Shown here piece after piece: positions 41,957-51,328 of a stretch of 64,000 nt of DNA. A program made the position numbers and the translations under genes. Numbering within the stretch: the stretch's first letter is position 1; every line of letters begins with the position of its first letter. This DNA comes from Rhizomicrobium sp. Its GTDB lineage: Bacteria > Pseudomonadota > Alphaproteobacteria > Micropepsales > Micropepsaceae. The notes under the pieces were generated by a model. It was not told the DNA's origin, ran no database searches, and worked only from the letters and a program-made list of their open reading frames with translations. The stretch covers positions 4,068 through 68,067 of the forward strand of contig JBBCHP010000013.1 in the NCBI GenBank assembly GCA_037201525.1, given 5' to 3'.

Positions 41957-42322
41957 TCACGAAGGAGTGTCCTTTTCAGCAATGGCATGCGCCACGGCAA
42001 AGACCTTTTCCATGCGCCAGTGCTCGTTGCTGTAGCGCAGATCCTCCGACCATTCCGCCCAACCGGAATCGCGGCGAAAGATGCCGACGAGTCCCGAGGC
42101 GAGAATCGTTTCCGTATCGATTGGCGTGCGTTGGGCGCAATCAGGTGCCACATACAGCGCGTCGGCATCGCAATAGAGTTCGCACATGAAGCAGGTCTGA
42201 CAGTCTTGCGGCCGGGCGATTTTCGGCGGTCCATTTGGCACGGCTTCAAAGACGTTGGTCGGGCACACCGCGACGCAAGCATTGCATTGGACGCAACGGC
42301 TCTCGATGACGAGTTCGATCAT
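41957..42322 (-). CDS. 2x[4Fe-4S] ferredoxin (AsfB-like)
   Basis: CVQCNACVAVCP and CQTCFMCELYC. Confidence 0.88.
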   Translation of the reverse strand: MIELVIESRCVQCNACVAVCPTNVFEAVPNGPPKIARPQDCQTCFMCELYCDADALYVAPDCAQRTPIDTETILASGLVGIFRRDSGWAEWSEDLRYSNEHWRMEKVFAVAHAIAEKDTPS

Positions 42323-42323
42323 C

Positions 42324-43904
42324 CTAGGCCACCTGCGAAAGGTCATTGGCCGCGTCTGCCTTGATCTCGACCAGGTCAACGCCCCGCGCTGTCAGGCGAT
42401 GCTGAAATCTTGCATCCATTTGCGGAAGGTCGGTGCGGACATGCATGCCGCGGCTTTCCGCCCGCGCTAGCGCCGCGCGATAACTCCATCGGCCGCTGGC
42501 GACCAGTGCTGCGGCTTCGCGTGTCCGATACGAATCCGCTGCCGCCGCCCGGAGATTTGCGCGAAGAAATGCCCATGTGCCGTCCAATCGTTCGAGCGAT
42601 TGCTCCAGCTTTCTTCGACTGCGAAAGATGTTCTTGTCGTAGGGATGCATTTCCTCCCGCACAACCGCGAGTACTTCGTCGGTTTCGCCAACTGTCGACG
42701 CATTGGCGCCGGAGAGCGGGCGCAACCCCGCTTCACCGATGGCATGCGCGCGATCTCCGGCGCGACGGCCCTGCGTCCGCGCCAAGCGCGCGGCGCCTTC
42801 ACCAGCCCATTGGCCGGAAGAGACGGCCCAGGCGGAGTTCTGCGCGCCGCCGCCCGAGGTCGCACCGGCAATGAGTTCACGCGTGGCGGCGTCGCCCGCA
42901 GCGAAAAGACCAGGGACATCGGTCTGGCAGTCCGCATCCGCGATCCGCAATCCGCCAATGCCGCGCACGGTGCCTTCTGCGCGCAATGTGATCTCGAATT
43001 TCTGCGCGAACGGGTCGATGCCTGCACGGGAAAAGGCCAGGAGGAAATTCGGCGATATCTGCGGCAGACGGGCACGGATTTCGACCGGCATCCGGTCGAG
43101 GCTGGCGAACACCGGTCCTTTCAGCAATTCGGCCGCGACCGCGTGTGTGACATCGGGACCGGACGGCGTGGCAAGTTGGCGGCCTGCGGAATCGAAATAG
43201 CGCGCGAAAGCGAACGACATCGCGCGCGTCATCGTCGACCAGGCGGGTGCAACCGTGTAGTAGCTCGAGAATTCCATGCCAGAGAGGCGGGCGCCGGCTT
43301 CCGCAGCCATCAGATAGCCGTCGCCGGTGTTGGTTCGCGATCCCAACAGATGAGAGAGAAAGGCGCATCCGCCGGTCGCCAGCACCACGGCGCCGGCGCG
43401 AACGGTCCAGGGCCGATAGGGCTGGCGGCCAATACCTGCCGCGCCCGCGACTCTGCCGTCGGAGTGCAGCAGCAGTTCCAGGGCGGGGCTGTGGTCCAGG
43501 ATATGGACGCCGCAATCTTCCGCATAGCGGCGCATCGCGCGCATATATTCCGGACCGCGCAGCGCACGGTAACGTGGCGCGCCGCTCTCATCGGGTGAAA
43601 AGCGATAATAGCTGCGCAGTTTCGGGATGCTCTGCCAGGTCTTTTCCAGAACCCGCGCCATCCATGCGGTGTCCGCCAGACCGAAGGCGCGCGCATTGCG
43701 GCTCTTGATCGCGTCGGCGCGCGATTCCGGCGCCACCCACCAATGCCCAGGCCCCGCCGTCGCCGTCACACCGCTGGTGCCGCAATAGCCCTTGTCTGCC
43801 AGCATCACGGATGCGCCGCTTCGTGCCGCGGCGACGGCAGCCCAGCTTCCCGCCAGGCCGCCGCCGATCACAAGCACGTCGGTTTCCAGAGCGGCGCCAT
43901 CCAT
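42324..43904 (-). CDS. FAD-dependent oxidoreductase of the SdhA/AprA family (AsfA-like)
   Basis: DVLVIGGGLAG, DKGYCGTSG, VVLATGG, NTGDGYLMA, PGLFAAGDAA, RAESRGMHVRTD. Confidence 0.85.
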   Translation of the reverse strand: MDGAALETDVLVIGGGLAGSWAAVAAARSGASVMLADKGYCGTSGVTATAGPGHWWVAPESRADAIKSRNARAFGLADTAWMARVLEKTWQSIPKLRSYYRFSPDESGAPRYRALRGPEYMRAMRRYAEDCGVHILDHSPALELLLHSDGRVAGAAGIGRQPYRPWTVRAGAVVLATGGCAFLSHLLGSRTNTGDGYLMAAEAGARLSGMEFSSYYTVAPAWSTMTRAMSFAFARYFDSAGRQLATPSGPDVTHAVAAELLKGPVFASLDRMPVEIRARLPQISPNFLLAFSRAGIDPFAQKFEITLRAEGTVRGIGGLRIADADCQTDVPGLFAAGDAATRELIAGATSGGGAQNSAWAVSSGQWAGEGAARLARTQGRRAGDRAHAIGEAGLRPLSGANASTVGETDEVLAVVREEMHPYDKNIFRSRRKLEQSLERLDGTWAFLRANLRAAAADSYRTREAAALVASGRWSYRAALARAESRGMHVRTDLPQMDARFQHRLTARGVDLVEIKADAANDLSQVA

Positions 43905-43912
43905 TGTGGCGT

Positions 43913-44593
43913 TTATTCCGCCGCTACCGGAGCAAGGCGCCGAACGGCCTCGATGACCGGCTCCGCTTCGGTGCGCACGAGCCAGTCCGGACTGACATCG
44001 GCGAAGTGAACGACACGATCTTCGCCGATCACAACCACTGTCGGCATCGGCAACTCCCAGGCGCCGGTGCCCGTGATGTCGGCGATGTTCGTGCCCTTGG
44101 CGATCACGGCCTGCCGTGACGGTTCGTTGAAGGTGTAGAGGATACCGAACTTGCGGCCGAGCGCATTGTCGGCGTCGGTGGCGACGAGGAAGGGAAGATC
44201 GTGCCGCCGCTTGATTTCCACCAGCCGGTCGCCGCGTTGCGGACTGACCGCTATCAATGTCGCGCCCAAATCTCGCAAGGCCGGATAGAGATGGCGCTGA
44301 TAATAGGGCAGCGCGATGTTGCAGGCGGGACAGCCGGCGAAGCGGAAGAAGATCAAGACGACGGGGCCGCGCCTGAGAATTTTGTCCAGCGCGATGGTCT
44401 CGCCATCGACCTCCGAGAGGGAGAATGGCTCAACCAGATCGCCCGCCTTGATGAAACCGTCGCGGTCAGCCGTCTGCTCCAGAAATCGCCGCTGATCGAT
44501 ATTGATCTGAAGGTCTTCCGGCTTCCAGGTCGCGACGCGTTCGGCATGCAATTGCGCCAAAAGCTGGCGCACGGATTCCTTTTTCTCGCTCAC
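43913..44593 (-). CDS. AhpC/TSA-family peroxiredoxin-like protein
   Basis: GPVVLIFFRFAGCPACN, LIAVSPQ, LPMPTVVVI. Confidence 0.82.
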   Translation of the reverse strand: MSEKKESVRQLLAQLHAERVATWKPEDLQINIDQRRFLEQTADRDGFIKAGDLVEPFSLSEVDGETIALDKILRRGPVVLIFFRFAGCPACNIALPYYQRHLYPALRDLGATLIAVSPQRGDRLVEIKRRHDLPFLVATDADNALGRKFGILYTFNEPSRQAVIAKGTNIADITGTGAWELPMPTVVVIGEDRVVHFADVSPDWLVRTEAEPVIEAVRRLAPVAAE

Positions 44594-44724
44594 GCTATCC
44601 CTCTCTGTGTTATGTGGCGATGCAGCGTCGGGGATTGGCGCGAGCGGCACCAACCAGTAATTCTCAAGTCGGAAACGAGAATATTTCAATTGTTTGCGGC
44701 GCCACCGCCGGCACTGTGCGTAGC

Positions 44725-45333
44725 ATGCCCAATCAGATCGAAGCGCACGGACGCAGCGCGCAGCATCCCGTTCACGACATCTTTCTTGAACGCTGGTCCC
44801 CGCGCGCGTTTACGGGCGAAGCAATTCCGCAGGCGGTGTTGAACACTATTCTGGAAGCCGGGCGCTGGGCGCCGTCAGCGTTTAATGCCCAACCATGGCG
44901 TTTCGTCTATGCGCGTCGCGATACGGCCGATTGGGATCGGCTCTTCGGTTTGCTTGCGCCGTTCAATCAACTCTGGTGCCGCAATGCTGCGGCTCTGATT
45001 TTCGTATTCTCCAAGACAACCTTCCGGGCGCCGGGAAAAGATGAAGACGAAGCCTCGCGCAGCCACGCCTTCGATGCCGGCGCCGCCTGGGCACATATCG
45101 CGCTGCAGACCACGCTTCTGGGCTGGCATGCGCATGCCATGCTGGGCTTCGATCATGAAGCGGCACTTTCGGCTTTGAAGGCCCCAATAGCCTATCGCGC
45201 GCAGGCCGCCATCGCCATCGGCCGTCGCGGTGAGAGAACTTTGCTCGATGAAGCACTTGCCAAGCGCGAAGTGCCAAGCGAACGCCTGCCGCTCGATCGG
45301 ATCGCGAAAGAGGGGGCGTTCCCACCCGGCTAG
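44725..45333 (+). CDS. Nitroreductase family protein
   Basis: RWSPRAF, WAPSAFNAQPWRF, SHAFDAGAAW, HAMLGFD. Confidence 0.9.
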   Translation: MPNQIEAHGRSAQHPVHDIFLERWSPRAFTGEAIPQAVLNTILEAGRWAPSAFNAQPWRFVYARRDTADWDRLFGLLAPFNQLWCRNAAALIFVFSKTTFRAPGKDEDEASRSHAFDAGAAWAHIALQTTLLGWHAHAMLGFDHEAALSALKAPIAYRAQAAIAIGRRGERTLLDEALAKREVPSERLPLDRIAKEGAFPPG

Positions 45334-45407
45334 CGACGCAACTGGTTGGCTGTGGGCGCAGTTCAGAGCGAACCACGCTCCGAAAAACTCTCTTGAAAAT
45401 CGCGGAT

Positions 45408-45559
45408 TAACAGGGAATTTTTGAATATTGGGCGCTCACGATATGCTCAATCGACTGCATATCCCCGCAAATTCAAGGAATTAGGCGGCGCTTGAGACTG
45501 CGAATAACAGGGAATTCCGCGCAGCATAACAGGGAATTTTTTCGGCGTAGCAGGGAATT
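45408..45559 (+). repeat. Four direct repeats TA(A/G)CAGGGAATT
   Basis: Copies start at 45408, 45505, 45527 and 45548; the last three are 22 and 21 bp apart. Confidence 0.8.
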
Positions 45560-45563
45560 TTTG

Positions 45564-46307
45564 ATGGAAAACTCCGAGGCCGATCGCTCTGCCAATCCTT
45601 CCCACAAGCGAAGCTTCGACGACATCTCCGCCAAGGACTTTCAGCAGCTCGCCGGGCTCTTGGCCCCTTCTCCAGCTCCGTGGCTCGCTGAGCATTTGTT
45701 CAGCTGGGCTTGCAGCCTTTATCTCGACCGGAATGTATTTAAAAAGCAGCCCAGTCGCGCCCACGTTAGGAAGTCCCTCAAAAATATCCAGGATGCCGCG
45801 CTGACTATTCTTCATTCGCTGAACGACGGCGCCATTCGCGATTTCCTTGACGCGGGTGGGAGTACTGTGAAGCGCATGCACGGCAACTTCGAGGCGGTTT
45901 TTCGCGATCTTGCCGACAGCGCCCAGCGTGCCTCTTATTCGCCGATGTTGGCCAACAAGGCTGGCAAAACCAGAGCGGGCCGGGGGCCGGCGATGCCTGA
46001 AGGGGCGATATCGGCACAGGTTTATTGCGCTTTGTTGATCGCTGAAACATGGAAATATTTTCGAGGAAAATATCCGGCACCGAGAAATCGTCAAGCTGCC
46101 CAAGCGGCGGCTCTTCTTTGGCAACTTGTAGACGGGGAAACAAGCCACTGGGGGAACGAAACGCTGACAGCGTGGCGTCATCATTTCAAATCCGCGCAGA
46201 GCGCGAGAATGTTGGAATTGCGGCAGGAGCATTCTCGGCATCTGCATGAAGCGGACAGGCTGTCCAAACAGTTTGATGTCGGTCAGGATTCCAAAAAAGG
46301 ACATTAA
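45564..46307 (+). CDS. Hypothetical protein
   Basis: Uninterrupted ORF of about 247 aa (MENSEAD...) right after the repeats; no motif recognised. Confidence 0.55.
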   Translation: MENSEADRSANPSHKRSFDDISAKDFQQLAGLLAPSPAPWLAEHLFSWACSLYLDRNVFKKQPSRAHVRKSLKNIQDAALTILHSLNDGAIRDFLDAGGSTVKRMHGNFEAVFRDLADSAQRASYSPMLANKAGKTRAGRGPAMPEGAISAQVYCALLIAETWKYFRGKYPAPRNRQAAQAAALLWQLVDGETSHWGNETLTAWRHHFKSAQSARMLELRQEHSRHLHEADRLSKQFDVGQDSKKGH

Positions 46308-46587
46308 TCGCCCCGTTTAGTCCTCTGATTCATGTCCGGCGACAATGTCGGATCGGGCCATCCATATTCCGTTGCGAGATCAACCGGATAGGAAGGCGTA
46401 ATGACCGAGTGTTCAAAATCAAGATTGCCCATCACCGTCGGTAAAGCCTCTTGCCGCTGGATTTTGGCCGGCAATGCTCGTCGGGAGATTTTCCGGCAGC
46501 TATTCGAAAGCGAGAGCGCCGAAGGACTGGCGAAAGGTCCCTCCAAAGCGAGTGGCGCGATTTCTGCAAAATTCGTAAGGCCATCAA

Positions 46588-47952
46588 ATGTCTAAGCGGC
46601 CGACACGGGATCTAGCACAAATCCGGTCGCACGCCGCTTTCACGCCGACTGTGGTCAACACGCCGATCGACGCGTTGGCTCCGCACCCACTCAACCCGCG
46701 GATTCACGGGCGTCAGCAGATCCGCGGCATTTCCCGGAGCTTCAGCTCGTTCGGCGTGAACAATCCCATCCTGACGGACAAAAACGGTCGGATTCTTGCC
46801 GGTCATGGCCGCTGGGAAGCGGCAAAACTCGACGGCCGGACACACGTCCCGGTCATCAGGCTAGATCACCTGAACGAAGCGCAAGCGCTGGCCTATATGC
46901 TTGCCGACAACAAACTTTCCGAGCAGTCGTCCTGGAACGACGGTGAGCTGGCACTGCGGTTCAAAGAGCTGCAGGGTATGGAGTTGGACTTCGACATCGA
47001 GGCGACCGGTTTCGAAACCCCGGAGATCGATGGCCTCATCCAGTCTCTCGATCCGGCCGATGAATGCGACAGGGCAGACGAATTTGAGCAGCTGGAGACG
47101 CCGGCGGTAACACGCGCGGACGACCTGTGGCTTCTCGGAGACCATCGGCTACTTTGCCAAAATGCGCTCTCTTCAGCGAGCTTCCGGACGCTGATGGGCT
47201 CTGAGGCTGCAGCCGCCGTATTCACGGACACGCCATACAATGTAAAAATCAAAGGGCATGCGGTCGGCAAGGGGCGCAAGAAGCACCGCGAGTTCGCGAT
47301 GGCATCCGGAGAGATGTCCAAGCCGCAGTTCCAAGGCTTTTTGCTCTCCGCTCTGCAGCAGATGCGTCCGTGGTGCGATCCGTCTGCGGTGTATTTTTGC
47401 TGCATGGACTGGCGCCACATCGATGAGACCGTGAGTGCCATCAGCCAGGCCGCCTGCGAACTCATCAATGTGTGCGTCTGGGTAAAGTCGAACGGCGGCA
47501 TGGGATCGCTGTATCGGTCACAGCACGAGCTCGTCTTCGTGTTCCGGGCGGGCGATGCGAAGCATCGCAACAATGTCCAGCTAGGTGCCTTCGGCCGCAA
47601 CCGCACGAACGTCTGGAACTACCCAGGCATGAACAGCTTCGCGCGGAAAGGGCGTAAACGCGCGCTCGACCTGCATCCGACCGTCAAACCGATCGCCCTT
47701 GTCGCCGATGCCATATTGGATGTCACGCGCCGTGGAGACATCGTGCTCGACGCATTCTGCGGCAGCGGAACGACTATCCTCGCGGCCGAGCGCACAGGCA
47801 GGCGAGGGTTCGGTATCGAGATCGATCCCGCTTATGTCGACCTGACCATAGCGCGGTGGGAACGCATGACCAAGGCGCTGGCACGTCATGCGGACGGACG
47901 CACCTTTGCTGAGGTCCGCGACGAGCGTGTGCCTGCTGCATTGCCGCGATGA
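46588..47952 (+). CDS. ParB-like N-terminal domain fused to a beta-class N4/N6 DNA methyltransferase
   Basis: NPRIH, NPILTD..ILAGHGRWEAA, ADNKL; WLLGDHRLLC, FTDTPYN, HPTVKP, DIVLDAFCGSGTT. Confidence 0.9.
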   Translation: MSKRPTRDLAQIRSHAAFTPTVVNTPIDALAPHPLNPRIHGRQQIRGISRSFSSFGVNNPILTDKNGRILAGHGRWEAAKLDGRTHVPVIRLDHLNEAQALAYMLADNKLSEQSSWNDGELALRFKELQGMELDFDIEATGFETPEIDGLIQSLDPADECDRADEFEQLETPAVTRADDLWLLGDHRLLCQNALSSASFRTLMGSEAAAAVFTDTPYNVKIKGHAVGKGRKKHREFAMASGEMSKPQFQGFLLSALQQMRPWCDPSAVYFCCMDWRHIDETVSAISQAACELINVCVWVKSNGGMGSLYRSQHELVFVFRAGDAKHRNNVQLGAFGRNRTNVWNYPGMNSFARKGRKRALDLHPTVKPIALVADAILDVTRRGDIVLDAFCGSGTTILAAERTGRRGFGIEIDPAYVDLTIARWERMTKALARHADGRTFAEVRDERVPAALPR

Positions 47953-48266
47953 TGAAGACAAAAGCAAAAGGGGTCAGAGGCTCCTCCAGGCGCTCCAAGC
48001 TGCGCCGCGAAAACACGATGACGATTTTGATGCGCCTGCTTCTAACGCCGGTTCCTTCGACCGCGAACGGTAAAAGGTCTGCGGCACCTCCGCTCGAGGC
48101 TATCGTCACCCAGTTGGTGCGCAAAGCTCTGGAAGGTAACGCACGCGCAGTTCGAGCGCTCGAACGCTACAAACAACTAGCGTCTCAGAGCATTGCTGGA
48201 GGAGTGACGATCGAGTTCAGCGACAGTGAAACGGTCGATGGCGCCGTTGGAAAAAGAGATGTCTGA
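47949..48266 (+). CDS. Degenerate DUF5681-like small protein
   Basis: LEAIVTQLVRKALEGNARA resembles the C-terminal part of DUF5681 proteins; ATGA overlap with the MTase. Confidence 0.5.
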   Translation: MMKTKAKGVRGSSRRSKLRRENTMTILMRLLLTPVPSTANGKRSAAPPLEAIVTQLVRKALEGNARAVRALERYKQLASQSIAGGVTIEFSDSETVDGAVGKRDV

Positions 48267-48684
48267 TGAGATTGGCTTTCGAAAGCCGCCCGTGAAAACG
48301 CGCTTCCAGCCGGGGGTATCTGGCAACAGATCGGGCAGGCCCAAGCGCAAACAATCCGATCTGGCCAAATGCGTGACGAATGTCCTCAACGCGCCGATGG
48401 AGTTCGTGGAAGGTGGCCGCAAAAAGATCGCAACACGTGAAGAGGTCAAACTCAGACTCCTCATCGCGAAAGCCGTGAAAGGCGATGTGAAGGCAGCAGA
48501 AGATATACTCTATGTCTACGGTCGCGCGCAGAGCCGCAGGGAAGGGGGCATGCAGCGCATTGTCGTGACCGACTGGCTTGAAGATTTCGACGGGCAGACG
48601 GCCGAAGATAAAGAGCGCGTTGCGCAGGGTGATCATGGCCCGGAAATCGATCCCTGCGCAGCGCACAGGCCGCCACGTTCATGA
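48259..48684 (+). CDS. DUF5681 domain protein (possible terminase small subunit)
   Basis: IGFRKPPVKTRFQPGVSGNRSGRPKRK, KAVKGDVKAA; ATGA overlap with terL. Confidence 0.78.
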   Translation: MSDEIGFRKPPVKTRFQPGVSGNRSGRPKRKQSDLAKCVTNVLNAPMEFVEGGRKKIATREEVKLRLLIAKAVKGDVKAAEDILYVYGRAQSRREGGMQRIVVTDWLEDFDGQTAEDKERVAQGDHGPEIDPCAAHRPPRS

Positions 48685-50066
48685 AGGGTGCGCGGGCTTT
48701 GCAACCGACGGCGGCAGATGGCGCTATCAGAGTCTCGATAGGTCGACTGCACGAAGGACAGCGAGCGGCGTTCAACGCTCTTCTGCCGCATCGCTTCAAG
48801 GCGCTGCGCTGCGGGAGGCGGTTTGGCAAAACCGAGCTCGCCAAGTCCTGGATCAAGCAGGGGCTCATCCAGCGTGAACCTTGCGCGTGGTTCGCTCCTC
48901 AACGCATGCAGTCGCTCGAAGTGTATCATGAGCTGGCAATCGATCTGGCGCCTGTCGTTGACGCCGGTTCCAGGGCCGAAGGCGTGATGCGGTTGCGAAC
49001 AGGAGGCCGTCTGGACTTCTGGACGCTGGAAAATCCATCCGCCGGGCGAAGCCGCGGCTATCGACGCGTTGTTATCGACGAAGCGGCATTCGCCAAAAAT
49101 GGCGATGGATCGACCGCGGGCTCGATGACGGAGATTTGGGAGAGGTCCATACGCCCCACGCTTTTTGACTGGGGCGGAGAGGCTCTGGTGTGCTCCAACT
49201 CGGCCGGCAAGAACCCGGACAACTTCTTCTATCAGATATGTACGGATCCGAAATACGGCTTCGCTGAATATCACGCGACCACCATGGACAATCCGGTTCT
49301 GCCGAAACCCCTGGCGGGTGAAGCCCCAGAGGTTTGGCTCGAACGGCGCAATCAGTATTTGGATGAACTGCACCGCGACAACGATCCACTTGTTTATGCT
49401 CAGGAATATCTTGCCGAGTTTGTCGATTGGGCCGGTGCGGCGTTCTTTGCTCGCGACAAGTTGCTTGATAACGGGCTGCCGCTGGCGATGCCGAACCAGT
49501 GTGACGGAGTTTTTGCAGTCATGGATACAGCGTCGAAAACGGGAACTGAGCACGACGCGACCGCCGTGACATATTTCATAAAGAATAGGACGCCAGGGCG
49601 TACTCCGCTTCTGATTGCGGATTGGGATATCGCCCAAATAGAAGGCGCCACGCTAGAGTTTTGGTTGCCCAGTGTCGGCATCCGGTTGGAGGAGCTCGCG
49701 CGTCTATCCGGCGCGAGATATGGGGCTTTGGGAATATATATCGAAGACAAAAACTCTGGAACGATCTTGCTGCAACAAGCAAAGCGCCGCGGACTTCCGG
49801 CAATGCCGATCGAGTCAAAGTTGACGGCATTGGGCAAAGATGAACGCGCGATATCCGTGTCGGGGTATGTGCACCGCGGCAACGTGAAATTCTGCGACGC
49901 CGCCTTCAACAAGACGACTACATACAAGAGGCGATCCGCAAATCACTTGCTTGACCAAATCGAAAGCTTTCGCATCGGCGACAAGGCGAGCGATCGTGAA
50001 GACGACCTGCTCGACACTTTTTGCTATGGAATTGCGCTCGGACTAGGGGATGGGCAAGGATTTTGA
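48681..50066 (+). CDS. Phage terminase large subunit-like ATPase-nuclease
   Basis: Walker A CGRRFGKT, Walker B VVIDEAA, QEYLAEF, RNase H-like acidic residues VMDTASK, YIEDKNSG, DDLLD. Confidence 0.85.
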   Translation: MKGARALQPTAADGAIRVSIGRLHEGQRAAFNALLPHRFKALRCGRRFGKTELAKSWIKQGLIQREPCAWFAPQRMQSLEVYHELAIDLAPVVDAGSRAEGVMRLRTGGRLDFWTLENPSAGRSRGYRRVVIDEAAFAKNGDGSTAGSMTEIWERSIRPTLFDWGGEALVCSNSAGKNPDNFFYQICTDPKYGFAEYHATTMDNPVLPKPLAGEAPEVWLERRNQYLDELHRDNDPLVYAQEYLAEFVDWAGAAFFARDKLLDNGLPLAMPNQCDGVFAVMDTASKTGTEHDATAVTYFIKNRTPGRTPLLIADWDIAQIEGATLEFWLPSVGIRLEELARLSGARYGALGIYIEDKNSGTILLQQAKRRGLPAMPIESKLTALGKDERAISVSGYVHRGNVKFCDAAFNKTTTYKRRSANHLLDQIESFRIGDKASDREDDLLDTFCYGIALGLGDGQGF

Positions 50067-50183
50067 TGTCAGCAATACGTGTATGTTCGCCAAAATTGGT
50101 TCAGCTCGCGTCGAAGAACTCGTTATATAGACAGAGATCCGGAGCTTTTTGAACGGATGGCATGCCTGATGCTATCGCCACGG

Positions 50184-51272
50184 TTACATGGCTTGCAGGC
50201 GAGGCTTTACCTTTTCAGAGAACGATTTCATGTTGCGCATGGCTTCCTCGCGCGACAGGCCGCCAAAGCTGAAGATTGCGTTGAAATCCTGGCAGCCTAA
50301 GTTATCTCGCATCTCGGCGATGCGGTCGACACATTGCTTCGGCGTTCCGTAAACCTGAAGTTCTGCGTATTGTGCGGCTTGCACTTCATCGCCGTGACCT
50401 TCGATACGTTGCGTAATTTTTCCGTAGTATTCGTAACCCTTCATGTCCTTGAGGTGACTGTCTGTAAGCTCGTAATGCTTGTTCGCAGTACGGAAATAAT
50501 CTCCGAGATACTTCACGCCAAGCTCTTTAGCCCGCACCTCATCTTCATCACAGAACACCTGGCAGGTGATAATTGGAGTCGGCGCCGCTCTGCTATTAAT
50601 ATTTTCGAACATCCGCTTGTAGCTATCGTGCTCCTTGATCGTCGTTGGCCACGGCTTTTGAGGTGAGATCAGGATGCCCACACCGAGTTTGGCCATGATT
50701 TCTTGCGATTCTGGGGAGACCGCAGCCGCGTAAGACCGTCCGACGAAGCTCCGAGTCGGCGCGGGCCTAAGCCAGCGTTTGGGCTGTTGATAATATTTCC
50801 CATTGAACTCGACAAATCCGTTTTTGAGTCCATTCAGAACAAGTTCGGCGGCCTCAATGAACCGCTCGCGCGATTCTGACATTGGTATATTAAAGCCTTC
50901 GAACTCGACGCGGCCAAGGCCACGCCCCATTCCAAGAATAAGTCTCCCTCCCGACAAGTTGTCGAGCATAGATACAGACTCTGCGACGCGAACGGGATTG
51001 TGCCATGGGAGAATGACTGCGGCTGATCCGAGTGTGATGCGCTTGGTCTTGCCTGCCATGTACCCGAGAAACTGCAGGACGTCTGGCACCATTGTATAAC
51101 CAGTGAAATGGTGCTCGACGCTCCATAGCGCGTCGTATCCAAGATCTTCTGCCTGTTCCGCCATCTCCAGATTTTGAATGTATACGTCACGATCCGATAC
51201 GCCGACGGCGCATTCGCCGATTTCCCGAAGGTATTCGGGGTTCTGGAAAAAGACAGTCATTCCGACCTTCAT
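50184..51272 (-). CDS. LLM-class flavin-dependent oxidoreductase (luciferase-like)
   Basis: AEDLGYDALWSVEHHF, LPWHNPVRVAE, LDNLSGGRLILGMGRG, GTPKQC. Confidence 0.9.
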   Translation of the reverse strand: MKVGMTVFFQNPEYLREIGECAVGVSDRDVYIQNLEMAEQAEDLGYDALWSVEHHFTGYTMVPDVLQFLGYMAGKTKRITLGSAAVILPWHNPVRVAESVSMLDNLSGGRLILGMGRGLGRVEFEGFNIPMSESRERFIEAAELVLNGLKNGFVEFNGKYYQQPKRWLRPAPTRSFVGRSYAAAVSPESQEIMAKLGVGILISPQKPWPTTIKEHDSYKRMFENINSRAAPTPIITCQVFCDEDEVRAKELGVKYLGDYFRTANKHYELTDSHLKDMKGYEYYGKITQRIEGHGDEVQAAQYAELQVYGTPKQCVDRIAEMRDNLGCQDFNAIFSFGGLSREEAMRNMKSFSEKVKPRLQAM

Positions 51273-51328
51273 GCGAAACTCCAAAGCGTGGCGAGGCTGC
51301 AACCCGGTCGAGGGATACTGTAGAAACA

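Larger units (their letters stand above)
45347..50066 (+). mobile_element. Small phage-like/integrative element or remnant (ParB-MTase, DUF5681-like pair, terminase large subunit)
   Basis: Abrupt change of gene content between two metabolic islands, left-end repeats and phage packaging-module genes; no integrase seen; boundaries approximate. Confidence 0.6.

Noticed and set aside
42324-43904. Succinate dehydrogenase or dissimilatory APS reductase
   Set aside because: No sdhCD, sat, qmo or dsr neighbours; the sulfonate-transport context fits an AsfA-like role better
45340-45400. Possible tRNA gene
   Set aside because: Only GGTTCG...CCA similarity on the minus strand; I could not fold a cloverleaf
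45408-45559. Possible CRISPR array
   Set aside because: Repeats are only 12 bp, spacers are 9-10 bp or 85 bp, and no cas genes are present
46304-46595. Small ORFs between the orphan gene and the MTase
   Set aside because: Short, with no recognisable motif or convincing RBS
46588-47952. Restriction-modification system
   Set aside because: No recognisable restriction endonuclease nearby; the ParB-fused MTase sits in a phage packaging context
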